Below are positions 36,672-37,003 of a stretch of 37,003 nt of DNA, piece by piece (position 1 is the stretch's first letter; every line of letters begins with the position of its first letter). Origin of the DNA: a virus (Duplodnaviria > Caudoviricetes); the IMG/VR virus record IMGVR_UViG_3300032243_001765, positions 1 through 37,003 of that record. One strand, written 5' to 3'. The notes below the pieces were generated by a model that saw nothing but the letters and a program-made list of their open reading frames with translations, searched no databases and was not told the origin of the DNA. The position numbers and the translations under genes were made by a program.

Positions 36672-37003
36672 CTAATTAAATAGGTCGTCTATATCAAAAC
36701 TTTGAGAAGATTTAGCATATTCCACAGGGCGAGAATGGAAAAAATCCGACATATTATTTCCTAGTACCTGTTCATCAAACCATGTAGTTTTGGATATAGC
36801 TTCTTGATCAACATCAAAAATAGCATTGTATCCTATTTGTTTGAGTGATTCATTCATCCTATTTTTAATAAATTCTTTTAGTAAATCAGAGTTTAGTTTC
36901 TCATGGCCATATCCATTAACTATCCATTCCACAATTTGACACTCGTATTTAACGGCATCCTTTGCCTCGTGTTCTATTTTATTTTGTAGTTCTTCATCGA
37001 ATA
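36672..37003 (-). CDS. nrdB: Class I ribonucleotide reductase beta subunit, C-terminal part (truncated by the window end)
   Basis: Frame is open to the window edge. R.N.SL..IG, WFDE and DFF..RPVEY (C-terminal Tyr) motifs. Adjacent to nrdA. Confidence 0.85.
   Translation of the reverse strand, partial: FDEELQNKIEHEAKDAVKYECQIVEWIVNGYGHEKLNSDLLKEFIKNRMNESLKQIGYNAIFDVDQEAISKTTWFDEQVLGNNMSDFFHSRPVEYAKSSQSFDIDDLFN

Noticed and set aside
1-37003. Stop-codon reassignment as seen in some large phages
   Set aside because: Genes are full length in the standard code, and TAA, TAG and TGA all end genes at sensible positions.

Overview
AT-rich, densely coding 37-kb fragment of a large tailed dsDNA phage genome. 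It uses the standard genetic code, and I see no rRNA, tRNA or CRISPR array. The + strand (1-8354) holds two very large adhesin-like proteins with mucin-like Thr/Ser/Pro N-termini: one has about 14 fibronectin-III repeats, the other an autotransporter-type beta-strand scaffold with two LamG domains. Converging on them is one long - strand gene run. In transcription order it encodes: nucleotide metabolism (NrdB fragment, NrdA, MazG-like, PhoH); recombination and replication (RecA/UvsX-like, DnaB, DnaG, dNMP kinase, RecB/Cas4-like nuclease, DnaE, DnaQ-like exonuclease, SSB); and a glycosylation locus (GT4, nucleotidyltransferase-like, HtrL+GT2 fusion, GT60, GT9-like, GT-A). Main finding: the DnaE polymerase is in three genes. 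Pieces 1 and 2 are joined by a naturally split intein (91-aa IntN, 35-aa IntC, junction GPGRG|SAAG) with a free-standing Zn-ribbon/TnsA-like endonuclease gene between the halves. Pieces 2 and 3 are separated without an intein by a small ORF and a proofreading exonuclease gene. Second finding: a GT60 polypeptide-GlcNAc transferase sits next to the mucin-like proteins, suggesting phage-encoded O-glycosylation. All family assignments come from motif recognition by eye; no searches were run.
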